IMG/VR virus record: IMGVR_UViG_3300027754_000067
Span: 22,543-86,542 of that record
Direction: 5' to 3' (one strand)
DNA length: 64,000 bases
Source of the DNA: a virus
Below, piece after piece: positions 47,851-57,892 of this stretch (position 1 is its first letter; each line of letters begins with the position of its first letter). Under the pieces are notes generated by a model, which saw only the letters and a program-made list of their open reading frames with translations, searched no databases and was not told where the DNA came from. A program made the position numbers and the translations under genes.

Positions 47851-48444
47851 TCAAGGATTTAGTAAAGATCCGCCTTTGGCAATCACCCAAGCGTCAATCA
47901 TGTCTCCGTTGCTGGAATCGTAGACTTCTTGATTTTTCCTGGAGCCAGTTTTAGCAATGTGTTTTTTGTATGGAAATTCAGGGTGCAGAGCGATAACATA
48001 ATCTTTAACTTGTTCTTTCTTCGGTCGTTTGTCGGCTTTATTATTTTTAAAGCCTACAGCTTTTCTTGCGCTTGATACATTAACATCAATGACTTGCGCT
48101 CCAAAAGCTTTATGGGATAAATATGATAATAAGACATTGAATTTTGCAAGAGTTATCAAAGTATCAGCAGAAGAAAATCCCGGCATGAACATTTTAGCGT
48201 TCGCCTCAACAAAGATTTTATCTATATTTCTACCATTTACTAACTTCTTTATTTCTTCTATACCTCTATCAGCTTTATCGAACATAGTTATGCAGCTAGT
48301 TGGGAATTTTATAGCATCTAGTAAAATTAAATTTAAATTTTTGTCTAAAATACATACACCAGTGCAGCTAGTCGATATATCAAGGCCACAATAATATGAT
48401 TCCTTGTCATTTTCGCCAACGTCTTTTTCTTTGTTTTTCTTCAT
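47851..48444 (-). CDS. ruvC: RuvC-like Holliday junction resolvase
   Basis: GLDISTSCTG; IFVE; K..V; D..DA..IA. Confidence 0.8.
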   Translation of the reverse strand: MKKNKEKDVGENDKESYYCGLDISTSCTGVCILDKNLNLILLDAIKFPTSCITMFDKADRGIEEIKKLVNGRNIDKIFVEANAKMFMPGFSSADTLITLAKFNVLLSYLSHKAFGAQVIDVNVSSARKAVGFKNNKADKRPKKEQVKDYVIALHPEFPYKKHIAKTGSRKNQEVYDSSNGDMIDAWVIAKGGSLLNP

Positions 48445-48484
48445 TTTTAAAATTCATTTCTTTTGTGTCTATAAGACAGATGCA

Positions 48485-48961
48485 TTAATTTTTTTGTATA
48501 CCAGAATGCTTAACCCAATCAGGAATGCTGTGATTGATTTTATCATCAATTAGAATATCAAAAGTTTCTTCTTCAGGATTATTTTTAATAATAAAACCAA
48601 CACTGTCTTCTAGGAAATTATTATATTCTCTCTTCCTCCAGAAAAAAGCACCTCTGATTTTTTTCAATTGCACCAAACAACCGGGCTTGATCCATGAATT
48701 ATCAGGCACACCAATCGTACCCGTGAGGTTTGCACCCCAAAGATTTGCGCCCGTGAGATTTGCATCCGTTAGATTTGCGCCATAAAGGTATGCGCCGACA
48801 AGTGATGCATATGCGAGGTCTGCGCCTGTGAGATCAGCACCCGTTAGGTTTGCATCACGTAGATCTGCACCAATGAGATCTGCAACTTCACCTTGCTTGC
48901 CATCAGTTTCAATCCAAAGCTTGTGCAAATCAATAATTTCTTTTATTTTAGATGCTTCCAT
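48485..48961 (-). CDS. pentapeptide-repeat protein
   Basis: HKLW; ADLxG repeats; distinct C-terminus. Confidence 0.9.
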   Translation of the reverse strand: MEASKIKEIIDLHKLWIETDGKQGEVADLIGADLRDANLTGADLTGADLAYASLVGAYLYGANLTDANLTGANLWGANLTGTIGVPDNSWIKPGCLVQLKKIRGAFFWRKREYNNFLEDSVGFIIKNNPEEETFDILIDDKINHSIPDWVKHSGIQKN

Positions 48962-49111
48962 AAATTATATTTTATAGAGTCTGCCATAAAAAGTCAAACT
49001 GTTTATGTTTTAACAGAAATTATTGATTCTTATTATTTTTTTCGGAACTTCCTTTTTTCTGCGTTGTCAAATTAATAGACAGATATTCAACTGTCAGATT
49101 CTGGAGTAACC

Positions 49112-50539
49112 ATGGCAACACAAAAAAACAATAAAGTAGGCGAATCGGTTATTGAAATAAGTATTCTTTGGGGAACTTCAGTTCTTCAAGTGGCGCATAT
49201 AAATCAAGATAAAAGTTTTTTGCTAACAAGCACCAAAACAACAAAAGATGATTCTCATTTTATTGTTGGTTCTGAAGTGCTCGGTCATCTAAATGAATTG
49301 CCAGTTGTTTATAATAGCAAACTAATGCTATTAGAGAATACAGAATTGAAAATAAATGATAAAAACTGTACTGTTAAAGATCTTATTGGTTCTGGACAAA
49401 TAATCCCAGCAAATTTTATTGAAGATGCATATGAACTGGATATGCAACCATCAACAACTTACCATATGAAATTTGGCATTATTACAGTAATCGCCAAAAA
49501 AGTTGCGCCAGCAATGAAATTAGCACATATAAGAAAACATGATCCCGCAATCATTGGAGCAAGCATATGCTCCGCTGTTGCTGTTTTTGCTTCAGTCTTA
49601 ACAATAAATGCACTTGCAAATGCAGATAGCAGCCTTTTAATGCAAGGCAATGAAGAAGATCGCTTGAATGATCTTCGTGCATTTATCCAGCGTCAACAAG
49701 ACCGCCAAACAGAACAGCCTCAAACCGTTAGCGATAGCCAAGAATCAACACAATCCAGTTCTAGCCATTCTGGGCCTACTGGACAAATGGGAAATCGCCA
49801 GTCTACAGTTAGAAATGCTCGCCGTGCGATCCGAAATAACAATGAACTTCCTCATTTATCCCGTCTAGAAGCACGTGATGCGGTAGCCAGCAGAGGTATA
49901 TTTGCGGCTCTAGGTAACTCAAGCGCTGCTTTTAATGGAGGTTCATCTGGTATCGTATCTCCGTTTGGAAGAATGACAGAATCTGGTTTGGAAAACCAAA
50001 ATGCTAACGGAAACTTAAACGGAGATTCAATCGGTGATTCTTTTGGTTACAATGGACTGGGCCAAACTGGTACAGGTTGGGGCGCTAACGGATCAACCGA
50101 TGGACTTATAGGACTTGGCAGATTAAGTACAAGAGGACGGGGCAATGGAGATGATCAAAGATATGGTACTGATCGTGGCTCAAGCCTTCATAATAGAGCA
50201 AATCATGGCCCAATAGTTCGAACAGCATCTCCAATCGTAGCAGGATTATTGTCTCCAGAATCAATAAGAAGAGTTGTTATTCGCAACCTTTCCCAAATCA
50301 TTCACTGCCACGAACAAGGACTCGTTCAAGATCCTGCTTTAGAAGGTCGTGTTGTTGTTCGGTTTGTTATCGGTAACGAAGGAACAATATTGGGATCAAA
50401 CATATCAGAAAGCAGCATTGCTGTTCCATCAGTTGCAGAATGTATTTCAAACGCTGTGAGACATTGGCAATTCCCTGCCCCAGAAGGCGGTGGAGTTGTA
50501 ACTGTAAACTATCCATTCAACCTTCAACATCCAGAATAA
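49112..50539 (+). CDS. GltG/AgmX(PglI)-like membrane protein with TonB-C-like domain
   Basis: TM segment; Gly-rich linker; IRRVV..N..QI..C.E.GL..DP.LEGRV.VRFVI...C......W.FP.P.GG.V.VNYPF. Confidence 0.8.
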   Translation: MATQKNNKVGESVIEISILWGTSVLQVAHINQDKSFLLTSTKTTKDDSHFIVGSEVLGHLNELPVVYNSKLMLLENTELKINDKNCTVKDLIGSGQIIPANFIEDAYELDMQPSTTYHMKFGIITVIAKKVAPAMKLAHIRKHDPAIIGASICSAVAVFASVLTINALANADSSLLMQGNEEDRLNDLRAFIQRQQDRQTEQPQTVSDSQESTQSSSSHSGPTGQMGNRQSTVRNARRAIRNNNELPHLSRLEARDAVASRGIFAALGNSSAAFNGGSSGIVSPFGRMTESGLENQNANGNLNGDSIGDSFGYNGLGQTGTGWGANGSTDGLIGLGRLSTRGRGNGDDQRYGTDRGSSLHNRANHGPIVRTASPIVAGLLSPESIRRVVIRNLSQIIHCHEQGLVQDPALEGRVVVRFVIGNEGTILGSNISESSIAVPSVAECISNAVRHWQFPAPEGGGVVTVNYPFNLQHPE

Positions 50540-50552
50540 ACTAACATCAATA

Positions 50553-50981
50553 TCAAGTATTGTTTTTTATTTCAAGTATTTTCTTGAAAGCTTCAACCAC
50601 GGCATCTGTCCATATCTCATATGTCCAACCATTATTCTGTTCGGTTATCCATCTACGAGCAGCAGCGGCCTTTGCAACCACAACACGATTGGCAACCTTA
50701 TCCTGACGTTTCACCTCAACAATAACCCTCTTACCAGATTTGTAGGTTATTATAAAATCAGGATAATAATCGTGATGTTTCCCGGCTGTAACATAAGGAA
50801 TCTGAATACTCTCATATTCGTATGATATTACATCTGGATTGCTGTCGAGTGTTTTGGCGACTATCAATTCCCAGCCACTGCGATAACGAATAGGTATAGA
50901 GCATTTTGGTGAATGATGTATACCCGTCTTGTAATGACGTTTCCTTTTACGTCGCTTTATAGATTTCTTAATTGATGGCAT
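50553..50981 (-). CDS. TnsA-N-like PD-(D/E)xK nuclease (T4 gp4 head-completion-like)
   Basis: YRSGWE...LD......YEYE.I.IPY...YYPDF....VEVK. Confidence 0.8.
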   Translation of the reverse strand: MPSIKKSIKRRKRKRHYKTGIHHSPKCSIPIRYRSGWELIVAKTLDSNPDVISYEYESIQIPYVTAGKHHDYYPDFIITYKSGKRVIVEVKRQDKVANRVVVAKAAAARRWITEQNNGWTYEIWTDAVVEAFKKILEIKNNT

Positions 50982-53428
50982 TATTTTGAATATGAGAATC
51001 TCTTTTTTGAAAAATAATCTAGTTTTACCGTAAATTTAAGCTTATCTCCAGTTCTCTTTAAAACGGGCGAAGAAAGTTTTGTACGGGCCAGAACATTTAA
51101 ATTTTCATCGTGGATATAAATGTCCGTAATATAAACATATCGTTTATCAAAATCATCTGTTGCATTGGAAGCACTTAATGTAGGACTCCAACCCGGATTT
51201 GATGATGATACAAGTTCCAGTGGATTTGCATAAAGATCCATTTTTTGTACATGGATATTACGCTCACCAGTAAAGCTGCATTCGAATCCATTTTTTCCGA
51301 AGAAATATAGACTTGGGTTGTTTATTAAAACTATTCCATTATCATAAAATATATTTCCTATGGAATTTCCAATAGCCAAAGATCCATCAGAATCCGCACG
51401 GTAAAGACTACCATAACCATCATCTTTTAACGTAATAGACATTTTACCTGAAGAATTTGAGAGATTATTATCGGTAATAACAAAAGTTCCTTGTTTTATT
51501 TTGTTACCATAAAACAAATTGCTAATATCGAACATTACAACTTGCAAAGAACCATTTTCCTGTGTGCGCTGAAGAATGGATGGTGTATTCTGATGATTTA
51601 AAACTCCAAGAGAGCTTGTGGAGTCAAAGCCAGATAAAGTGCTAATAATGCTACCGCTTGCTGCTGTATTTAACAATAGACTACCATTATTTGGTGGAAC
51701 AAGATCATAGATCGAAGAAAGTGGATACATGTTTCTTAAACTAATAAGATTATATGCAAGATTTCCTCTGTCAGTTACAAATGAACTACTATCAAGTTCT
51801 CCAAGTAACTCAAAATAGTTTGGCGCAAAATATCCATTGTCATTAGGCAAAATTGTTAAAGATGCTTTCTTATTTGATCCAGTAGCATATAGGAATTCAT
51901 TCGCCGTCAACTGCTGTTGTGTGTTTCGAATCACAGACCCAGTCAACTGAATTAATCTTGGATAATTCCCAGTAGAAAAATCACGAGTAAAATTTTCAAG
52001 ATTTATATAATGTGCACCAGAGTCAAATGAAAGATCAACATTAAATGGCTGGTTTGTAGTTCCATTGATCGCAAGGAAAGGGCTAGCTAAAATACCACCA
52101 ACTGATCCATTTAAATCAACGCTTCGGGTTGGAGATTCTTTGGTAAATAATGGTGGTAGATAAAACAAAAGATCAGAAGTTAAAGGAGCGCCTGTTGTTC
52201 TTCTTGACGATATTTCTTCTCTTGAAAGATATTTGTTATAAATTTTAAGTTCATGCACTTCAGCTTGCAAAGGATGATTTAATGAATAAACCGCTGGCTG
52301 ATCCTGTGTGGTACTTGAATTCAATGAAACGCCAACAGGAATACCATATCGTTTTTTAGCTGCGGTAGAGAAAAAATATGAAGTTTCAGAAGTACTGGAA
52401 TTATTGCCTTCATAATAATTTCCAACCACAAGAGTATTAGAAAATACACCTCCATTATCCTGTGGTGCAATTGAAGCAGAAGGTATATAAAATATACCAG
52501 ATTCAGTCTCGTTAACCATAAAAGATCCAGAGCCAAAGTTGTAACTGTTGGTACCCCAACGTATGGTTACATGGTTCCATGTGTTTCTGTCAATGCAATT
52601 ATCATTAGAAACAAACGTGAGGCCACTCAATGAGGAGACGTTTATGCTTGATGGAGAAACATCACAGCTATTGCTTAATTGAAGCAATAATCGGTATTTA
52701 TCTGGTAAACCATTTGAGTCTCGACTAGAGCCGGTAATTAATGATAAAGCATAAGCGCTTGATAAATGTAATATTGTACCGGCTTTAAATACCGAGGCGG
52801 CAGAATCGGAGGTGTATCTTGGGTTAATCCAGAAATCAAATGAAAAAGCGCCAGATGGTATATAAGAAGCAGAAACAAGCTGGCCAACACCAGCAGAAGA
52901 AGCAGACGTTGGATATATTAATGCAGAAGCTGTTGGTAGGCCGCTAGCCGATAAAAAATTAAGTGAGTGATAGTTCGTATATGAAAAATCATAATTAGTA
53001 CCAAATGAACTGTAATATGGCATCAGCACGTTTGTGGTAACGAACTTCTTTGTCATATTTAAATCAAGATTTATACCAGGAGTCGTTCTAATAATTTCTT
53101 GTTTCTGTACGTTCCTGAGACTCTGTGGCTGATTTCCAACTACTCCAAGATATTCCTGCATGTATCGCAATTTATCAGCACTATTTTGCGCTAATTTTGC
53201 TTTTTTTAATATTTCACCAACGTCATTGATTTGCGTGTATGCATTATCAGGAGCACCAGATTCAGCAGTCCAATTAATATAAAAATCCTTAATTGCATTT
53301 GATCTACGAGGATAAACATATGCCGACCCCGTAACACCCGTAATACTACTGGAGATAAATGTTGTTTTTGGTGCAGTTTGTATTGTGAATACTTCGATGT
53401 CACCAGACTCAAATGGTTGAATAGACAT
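50981..53428 (-). CDS. virion structural protein (baseplate/tail, LamG-like domain)
   Basis: S/G/T/N-rich; FSFDFWINP; WNHV.IRW; C-terminal IT.I..HDEN..VLA..KLS.P..K..VKLDY. Confidence 0.7.
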   Translation of the reverse strand: MSIQPFESGDIEVFTIQTAPKTTFISSSITGVTGSAYVYPRRSNAIKDFYINWTAESGAPDNAYTQINDVGEILKKAKLAQNSADKLRYMQEYLGVVGNQPQSLRNVQKQEIIRTTPGINLDLNMTKKFVTTNVLMPYYSSFGTNYDFSYTNYHSLNFLSASGLPTASALIYPTSASSAGVGQLVSASYIPSGAFSFDFWINPRYTSDSAASVFKAGTILHLSSAYALSLITGSSRDSNGLPDKYRLLLQLSNSCDVSPSSINVSSLSGLTFVSNDNCIDRNTWNHVTIRWGTNSYNFGSGSFMVNETESGIFYIPSASIAPQDNGGVFSNTLVVGNYYEGNNSSTSETSYFFSTAAKKRYGIPVGVSLNSSTTQDQPAVYSLNHPLQAEVHELKIYNKYLSREEISSRRTTGAPLTSDLLFYLPPLFTKESPTRSVDLNGSVGGILASPFLAINGTTNQPFNVDLSFDSGAHYINLENFTRDFSTGNYPRLIQLTGSVIRNTQQQLTANEFLYATGSNKKASLTILPNDNGYFAPNYFELLGELDSSSFVTDRGNLAYNLISLRNMYPLSSIYDLVPPNNGSLLLNTAASGSIISTLSGFDSTSSLGVLNHQNTPSILQRTQENGSLQVVMFDISNLFYGNKIKQGTFVITDNNLSNSSGKMSITLKDDGYGSLYRADSDGSLAIGNSIGNIFYDNGIVLINNPSLYFFGKNGFECSFTGERNIHVQKMDLYANPLELVSSSNPGWSPTLSASNATDDFDKRYVYITDIYIHDENLNVLARTKLSSPVLKRTGDKLKFTVKLDYFSKKRFSYSK

Positions 53429-53468
53429 AAATACTTGATTTCATTCTCGGTTAAGGTTTACTCTAATG

Positions 53469-53807
53469 CTAAATAGAGCTCAAAACGGATTGTATATCAT
53501 TATCCTTTAACATCGCATGTAATCTTGGCGCTATTATTGTTGCAACTAACTCTCCAATATGTGGTTCTTCTTTTAACTGCTTCCCGATTTCTTCAATCCC
53601 AGAATTATCTAATAATGTATGCATTATTTCATGCAGCAATGTTTCTTCACGCACATCTTTTGATGCATCGCCGTTAATAATAATCTTGCTTTTATAATAA
53701 TCCGTAAACCCACAAACTTCATTTGAATCTCTGCCAGTAAATGATTCAATCTGAGCCCCAGACCATTTTTCGATAGAATATGTACGTGCGCCAACTTTAA
53801 GATTCAT
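53469..53807 (-). CDS. small HEXXH metallopeptidase-like protein
   Basis: ETLLHEIMH. Confidence 0.7.
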   Translation of the reverse strand: MNLKVGARTYSIEKWSGAQIESFTGRDSNEVCGFTDYYKSKIIINGDASKDVREETLLHEIMHTLLDNSGIEEIGKQLKEEPHIGELVATIIAPRLHAMLKDNDIQSVLSSI

Positions 53808-54927
53808 TTTTATATTCCTGTAATTCTTTCTTTAGATCATGTAGAGAAAAGAATATTTTGAGTAAATTCTCGTAGTTTTTTATCTCTTTTGTAGAATATA
53901 TTTTATACTCATATCCTTTTTCATGGCAATAAAACAACGCAGCTTGCGCCTTTTTGTGAGTAGAATCATCAGCCAAAAATTGGCCTCCTTTTGTTTCAAT
54001 TAAGCATTTTTTATCATCGTTATACGTAACCAAAAAATCTGGTATATACCTTTTATTTTCACTATAGTTTATAAAAAATGACTCATATTGATAAGAAACC
54101 ACAGTAGTATCCTTATCCAAGCAAACCATCATTCTTTTCTCTAGAGATGATCTAAAGAGCATTGGTTTTATTGTTTTTGGACTATTGTGCCAGCCCTTGA
54201 TATATCTTTTATGCTTGGTTGATTTAGAATTTAGAATTCTTTCCGTAGAAGCCTTGGAATATCTATCTAGCTGTTCCGGTGTACGCATATTTGAAGTTAT
54301 TCCATAATTAGGATTATTTTCTCCTTTATTGCTTCTGGCTCCTGATGCAAATTGCTCTTTATGTTTTTTTGAAACTTTGTTAGCCATGATAGCAACTCGC
54401 TGATCAGTTTCCTTGGTTAAACCAGCAATCCAAGGTTTAACACCTTTTGTTGGTCCAGTTTTGCCAAAAAAATGATGATTTTCTCCGCTTTTGGCACAGG
54501 ATCTTGTGCAAAATCGAGAGTTTTTCCACTTCGAAGAAGAAATTGTATATTCTTTTTTACATTTTTCACATATTTTTGCTGTTGGTGATTTAGTGCATTC
54601 TCTAGAACAATATATTTTGCCATTTTTAGATATAGCAGAAATTCTACGCTCAAACTGTTTGCAACATTTAATGCACGAAACAATGATAGAGGTTTTCTTT
54701 AATTCTCTAAGAATTTTACCATGGCATTTATGGCCACAATATGTTTGTTTTTTATGTGTTGGGATGTAACATTTTTTACAAATCGCACACTCTTTTTCGC
54801 AACGCCATACCTCTGCGATGTTAGCAAAATAACATTTTTGTGAACAATAAACTTTGTTTGGTTTGCGGTTTTGAAAATCTTTTTTGCAAAATTTACAAAT
54901 ATAAATATTCATTTTCCTATTGTCCAA
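53797..54927 (-). CDS. free-standing endonuclease: CxxC/CSxxC repeats plus TnsA-N-like nuclease
   Basis: Multiple C..C...F....YCS..C; FRSSLE...YIPDF...IETKG. Confidence 0.8.
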   Translation of the reverse strand: MDNRKMNIYICKFCKKDFQNRKPNKVYCSQKCYFANIAEVWRCEKECAICKKCYIPTHKKQTYCGHKCHGKILRELKKTSIIVSCIKCCKQFERRISAISKNGKIYCSRECTKSPTAKICEKCKKEYTISSSKWKNSRFCTRSCAKSGENHHFFGKTGPTKGVKPWIAGLTKETDQRVAIMANKVSKKHKEQFASGARSNKGENNPNYGITSNMRTPEQLDRYSKASTERILNSKSTKHKRYIKGWHNSPKTIKPMLFRSSLEKRMMVCLDKDTTVVSYQYESFFINYSENKRYIPDFLVTYNDDKKCLIETKGGQFLADDSTHKKAQAALFYCHEKGYEYKIYSTKEIKNYENLLKIFFSLHDLKKELQEYKNES

Positions 54928-54975
54928 TCAATAGGAAGCGTTGTATGGAATATTAATTGTAGGTGGGTTGAGAAA

Positions 54976-56196
54976 TTATTTTTTGAAAGATAGGCGTTTT
55001 TTAGAAAGATAATCCAACCGAACTTTTACGGTATATGATCTTTGAAAATTTTTCAAAATGGGGCGAGATGATTTTGCCACGGCTAACAAGTTGTTATCAG
55101 AGTCATAAAGACCGATACTGGTAATAAATGTGAAAGAACGTTGAATGTCTTCTTGACCTGCATCAATTACAACAATCCGCCCATCATCATCTGTATAAGT
55201 TGGGTTGCTTGAGTAGTTAAAACGATCAGCACCAAAATTGCAAAAATATACAGAGGAGTTGATGTTGGTTTGATTCTGGAAAGCCATTACAGTTGCATCA
55301 GATCCAGTAAACCGTGTGGAACAAACATGATCTAAAATATCATCCACGGATGCACTGTAAAATAGTGCATTTAATTTATTAACTGAACTGCTGAGTAAAG
55401 AGCCAAAGAATGGTTCAGTGGCAGTGCTTACGCTGTTAATGGTACCGGAAAGGCTTTGTGTTACGTTAAATATACGTGAAACATCAAGCACAACAATCCC
55501 TTGATCATGCCAAATAAGGCCAACTGAGGCAGTGGTAGAAGTATCTACTAAAGTGCCAACAGATCCACCAGGGAAGCTATAGTTTACATTAGTGGTAGAT
55601 CCTAGATCTGTGAAGATTCTTTCGCTGGTACCAGAATGTGATAAATCACTGACAGCTGGGATGATGCCTGACCCTGATCCGAACATTCTAAGTGCATAAG
55701 TTTCACGTTTTAGTTGATCTCTGGAGAATAGGCGTTTAAATGAAAAGAAAAGTGCTTCTTTTATGGTTTGCCCACTGGAAGAGCCGGAAATAAAACTGAA
55801 AGCTTGACTATCATCTCCAAGCAGTTGCTGTGCAAAGGTGCGGTAATTATCAATTTTTTCTCTCATCATTAGTGAGGTTGATGGGAAATAGTATTGATCA
55901 TTAACAGCATCATAAGAAGTTGTGGTTTTAGTCACAAGATCGGAAGTTGTGTGAAGACCAACTGTTATGTCGAATACAGGGTTTGCAGTTTGTAACGTAA
56001 AATCCTGATCAAATACTGTTTGAAATAATGAGGACGTAACTCCTGCCCCAGTCCCAGAACCAGTCACCCAGACTTGATATTTTCTGCGTGTAACGGATGA
56101 AGAGACATCATTTCCAATAACATCAATTAATTGTTCAAGAACATCGCTTTGTGTTCTTTTATCAGTCTGTGTATTAAAAAACTCAAAAGTAGCCAT
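54976..56196 (-). CDS. virion structural protein (baseplate-like)
   Basis: FNYSSNPT; ITSIGLYD..NNLLAVAK.SRP..K..VRLDY. Confidence 0.7.
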   Translation of the reverse strand: MATFEFFNTQTDKRTQSDVLEQLIDVIGNDVSSSVTRRKYQVWVTGSGTGAGVTSSLFQTVFDQDFTLQTANPVFDITVGLHTTSDLVTKTTTSYDAVNDQYYFPSTSLMMREKIDNYRTFAQQLLGDDSQAFSFISGSSSGQTIKEALFFSFKRLFSRDQLKRETYALRMFGSGSGIIPAVSDLSHSGTSERIFTDLGSTTNVNYSFPGGSVGTLVDTSTTASVGLIWHDQGIVVLDVSRIFNVTQSLSGTINSVSTATEPFFGSLLSSSVNKLNALFYSASVDDILDHVCSTRFTGSDATVMAFQNQTNINSSVYFCNFGADRFNYSSNPTYTDDDGRIVVIDAGQEDIQRSFTFITSIGLYDSDNNLLAVAKSSRPILKNFQRSYTVKVRLDYLSKKRLSFKK

Positions 56197-56211
56197 TATC
56201 TATATTCCTCT

Positions 56212-56913
56212 TTATTGATTCTTTGTAATCTGGGCAACGAAAGTTGTAACGGCTCCAGAGCTCATACCGGTCACTCTTAATACAGTGCGAATTATAGTTT
56301 TGTTGGTTGGCTGTCCGTAAATAGTGAATTGAGCATCAGTAATAGCTTTGGCATTTACGGCAAGGCTCACAGTTGATCCGCCTTGAGAAGATAATGTGCC
56401 ATCTCTAGTGACTACATAAGATGCCATCCGATTGCGATCTATTACAGGAGTACTTCCGATTATTCTTATAAAACGATCATCGCAAACAACGATATATTGG
56501 TTGTCAACAAGTTCTTGTGGGATAGTTTCGCCACCCGTCAGACTTTGTTGAACAATTACGGTTTGTTTATTTGTTGCTCCGGTACCTAAATTTAATGTTG
56601 TTCCAGTTAAACCTTGAGTAGCTGTTAAAGACAATGTTGTCATCGTATAACGATTTGGGTCTGGTAATGATACCAACGGATGCACTAGAGCTAATTTATT
56701 ATTAGTAATTGCTTCAAATACTGGTGTATTTTTTTCAATTTTTTCTTGTCCAACCGTGCGGCCATAGCGAACAATCATACCATAATCGACTTCATCATCA
56801 CCAGCTGCAAATTTAATAATATTAAATGTGCCCTCTGCTAATTTCTTGCGCCCTAAATCTGTAAGAACTGCATCTATAATTACATTGTTTGAGTCTTGTT
56901 GGAGTAGCCCCAT
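56212..56913 (-). CDS. virion structural protein (baseplate/tail-like)
   Basis: IDAVLTD.GR..LA.G.F.I.KFA.GDDEVDY. Confidence 0.7.
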   Translation of the reverse strand: MGLLQQDSNNVIIDAVLTDLGRKKLAEGTFNIIKFAAGDDEVDYGMIVRYGRTVGQEKIEKNTPVFEAITNNKLALVHPLVSLPDPNRYTMTTLSLTATQGLTGTTLNLGTGATNKQTVIVQQSLTGGETIPQELVDNQYIVVCDDRFIRIIGSTPVIDRNRMASYVVTRDGTLSSQGGSTVSLAVNAKAITDAQFTIYGQPTNKTIIRTVLRVTGMSSGAVTTFVAQITKNQ

Positions 56914-57105
56914 TGTCTAACCTGTTATACGACCAAACTAAAATATATAGCTGATCGTTCCTTTCTAAGTTTAATTAGTTGATTATCTTTTATCTGGTCA
57001 AAATTCATAATGTACCACTATCAATTATGTATAATGGCAATTTATATTTTTATTGATAAAAATAATAAAAATTATCTTTGATAGATAATTTGATCTATTA
57101 GTTTT

Positions 57106-57474
57106 TTATGGGCTTGGTGGAGATGGAGGGAGTTGTAATACTGGTGCTGTTACTTTTTCGCCAGATTGTATTTCTAGAACTTCTATTTTTTCATTACTTG
57201 CTGCAATTGCATGTTTTGTTCCATTGGTAAAAGTAGCATTAATTCCAGGAAGAACTTTTTTCTTCATCGCACCAGAAGTATAATCGCCGCTACCTTTGAA
57301 GAAAAGCCATTGTTTGACTGCAAATTCCTGTGATTGTAGTGCTTCAGTGGCTTGACCGGGGTTCACCCAGATATAGGTAACTTTAACAAAAGGGGTATCC
57401 CACAAAACTTGTTTACCACCCCAAGTTTCTTTTGTCTTTCCTCTGCTAAAAACTTTCTTAATCCATTTAATCAT
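57106..57474 (-). CDS. cupin-fold protein (mannose-6-phosphate isomerase-like)
   Basis: WG......VK...VNPG...H.I......LEIQ.G. Confidence 0.6.
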   Translation of the reverse strand: MIKWIKKVFSRGKTKETWGGKQVLWDTPFVKVTYIWVNPGQATEALQSQEFAVKQWLFFKGSGDYTSGAMKKKVLPGINATFTNGTKHAIAASNEKIEVLEIQSGEKVTAPVLQLPPSPPSP

Positions 57475-57478
57475 TGTT

Positions 57479-57862
57479 TTATCCTTTTATTTTTGCTTTT
57501 ACTTTTGCTTTTTTTGCTCTTGCTTCAAGGTCAGCTGCAACTTTACTGGTATTTTTTTGTTTTACCGGCACTTCTTGAATAACTTCTTCCACTACTTCAT
57601 CGTCATTATCATCATCCGAACAATCATGTTCTTCATCAGCGGCATGACTACAACATTTCATCATTGCTTTCTTGAGATGCAAGACAGTAAGATCAATTGC
57701 TTCCTTGACATCATCAAGATTATTAAGCATGTCCTTTGGCATTTGTCCCGTTTTTTCTATCTCCGCAATCATATCATGCATATCTCCAAATAAAGATTTA
57801 AGACCTCCAACATAGAGTCTAGCTTTTAATTGAGCGGTTATTTCTTTTTCTTTTTCTTTCAT
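57479..57862 (-). CDS. hypothetical protein
   Basis: AAGGAG RBS plus ORF. Confidence 0.65.
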   Translation of the reverse strand: MKEKEKEITAQLKARLYVGGLKSLFGDMHDMIAEIEKTGQMPKDMLNNLDDVKEAIDLTVLHLKKAMMKCCSHAADEEHDCSDDDNDDEVVEEVIQEVPVKQKNTSKVAADLEARAKKAKVKAKIKG

Positions 57863-57892
57863 GGCTTGCTCCTTTAATTATATTTAATTAGT

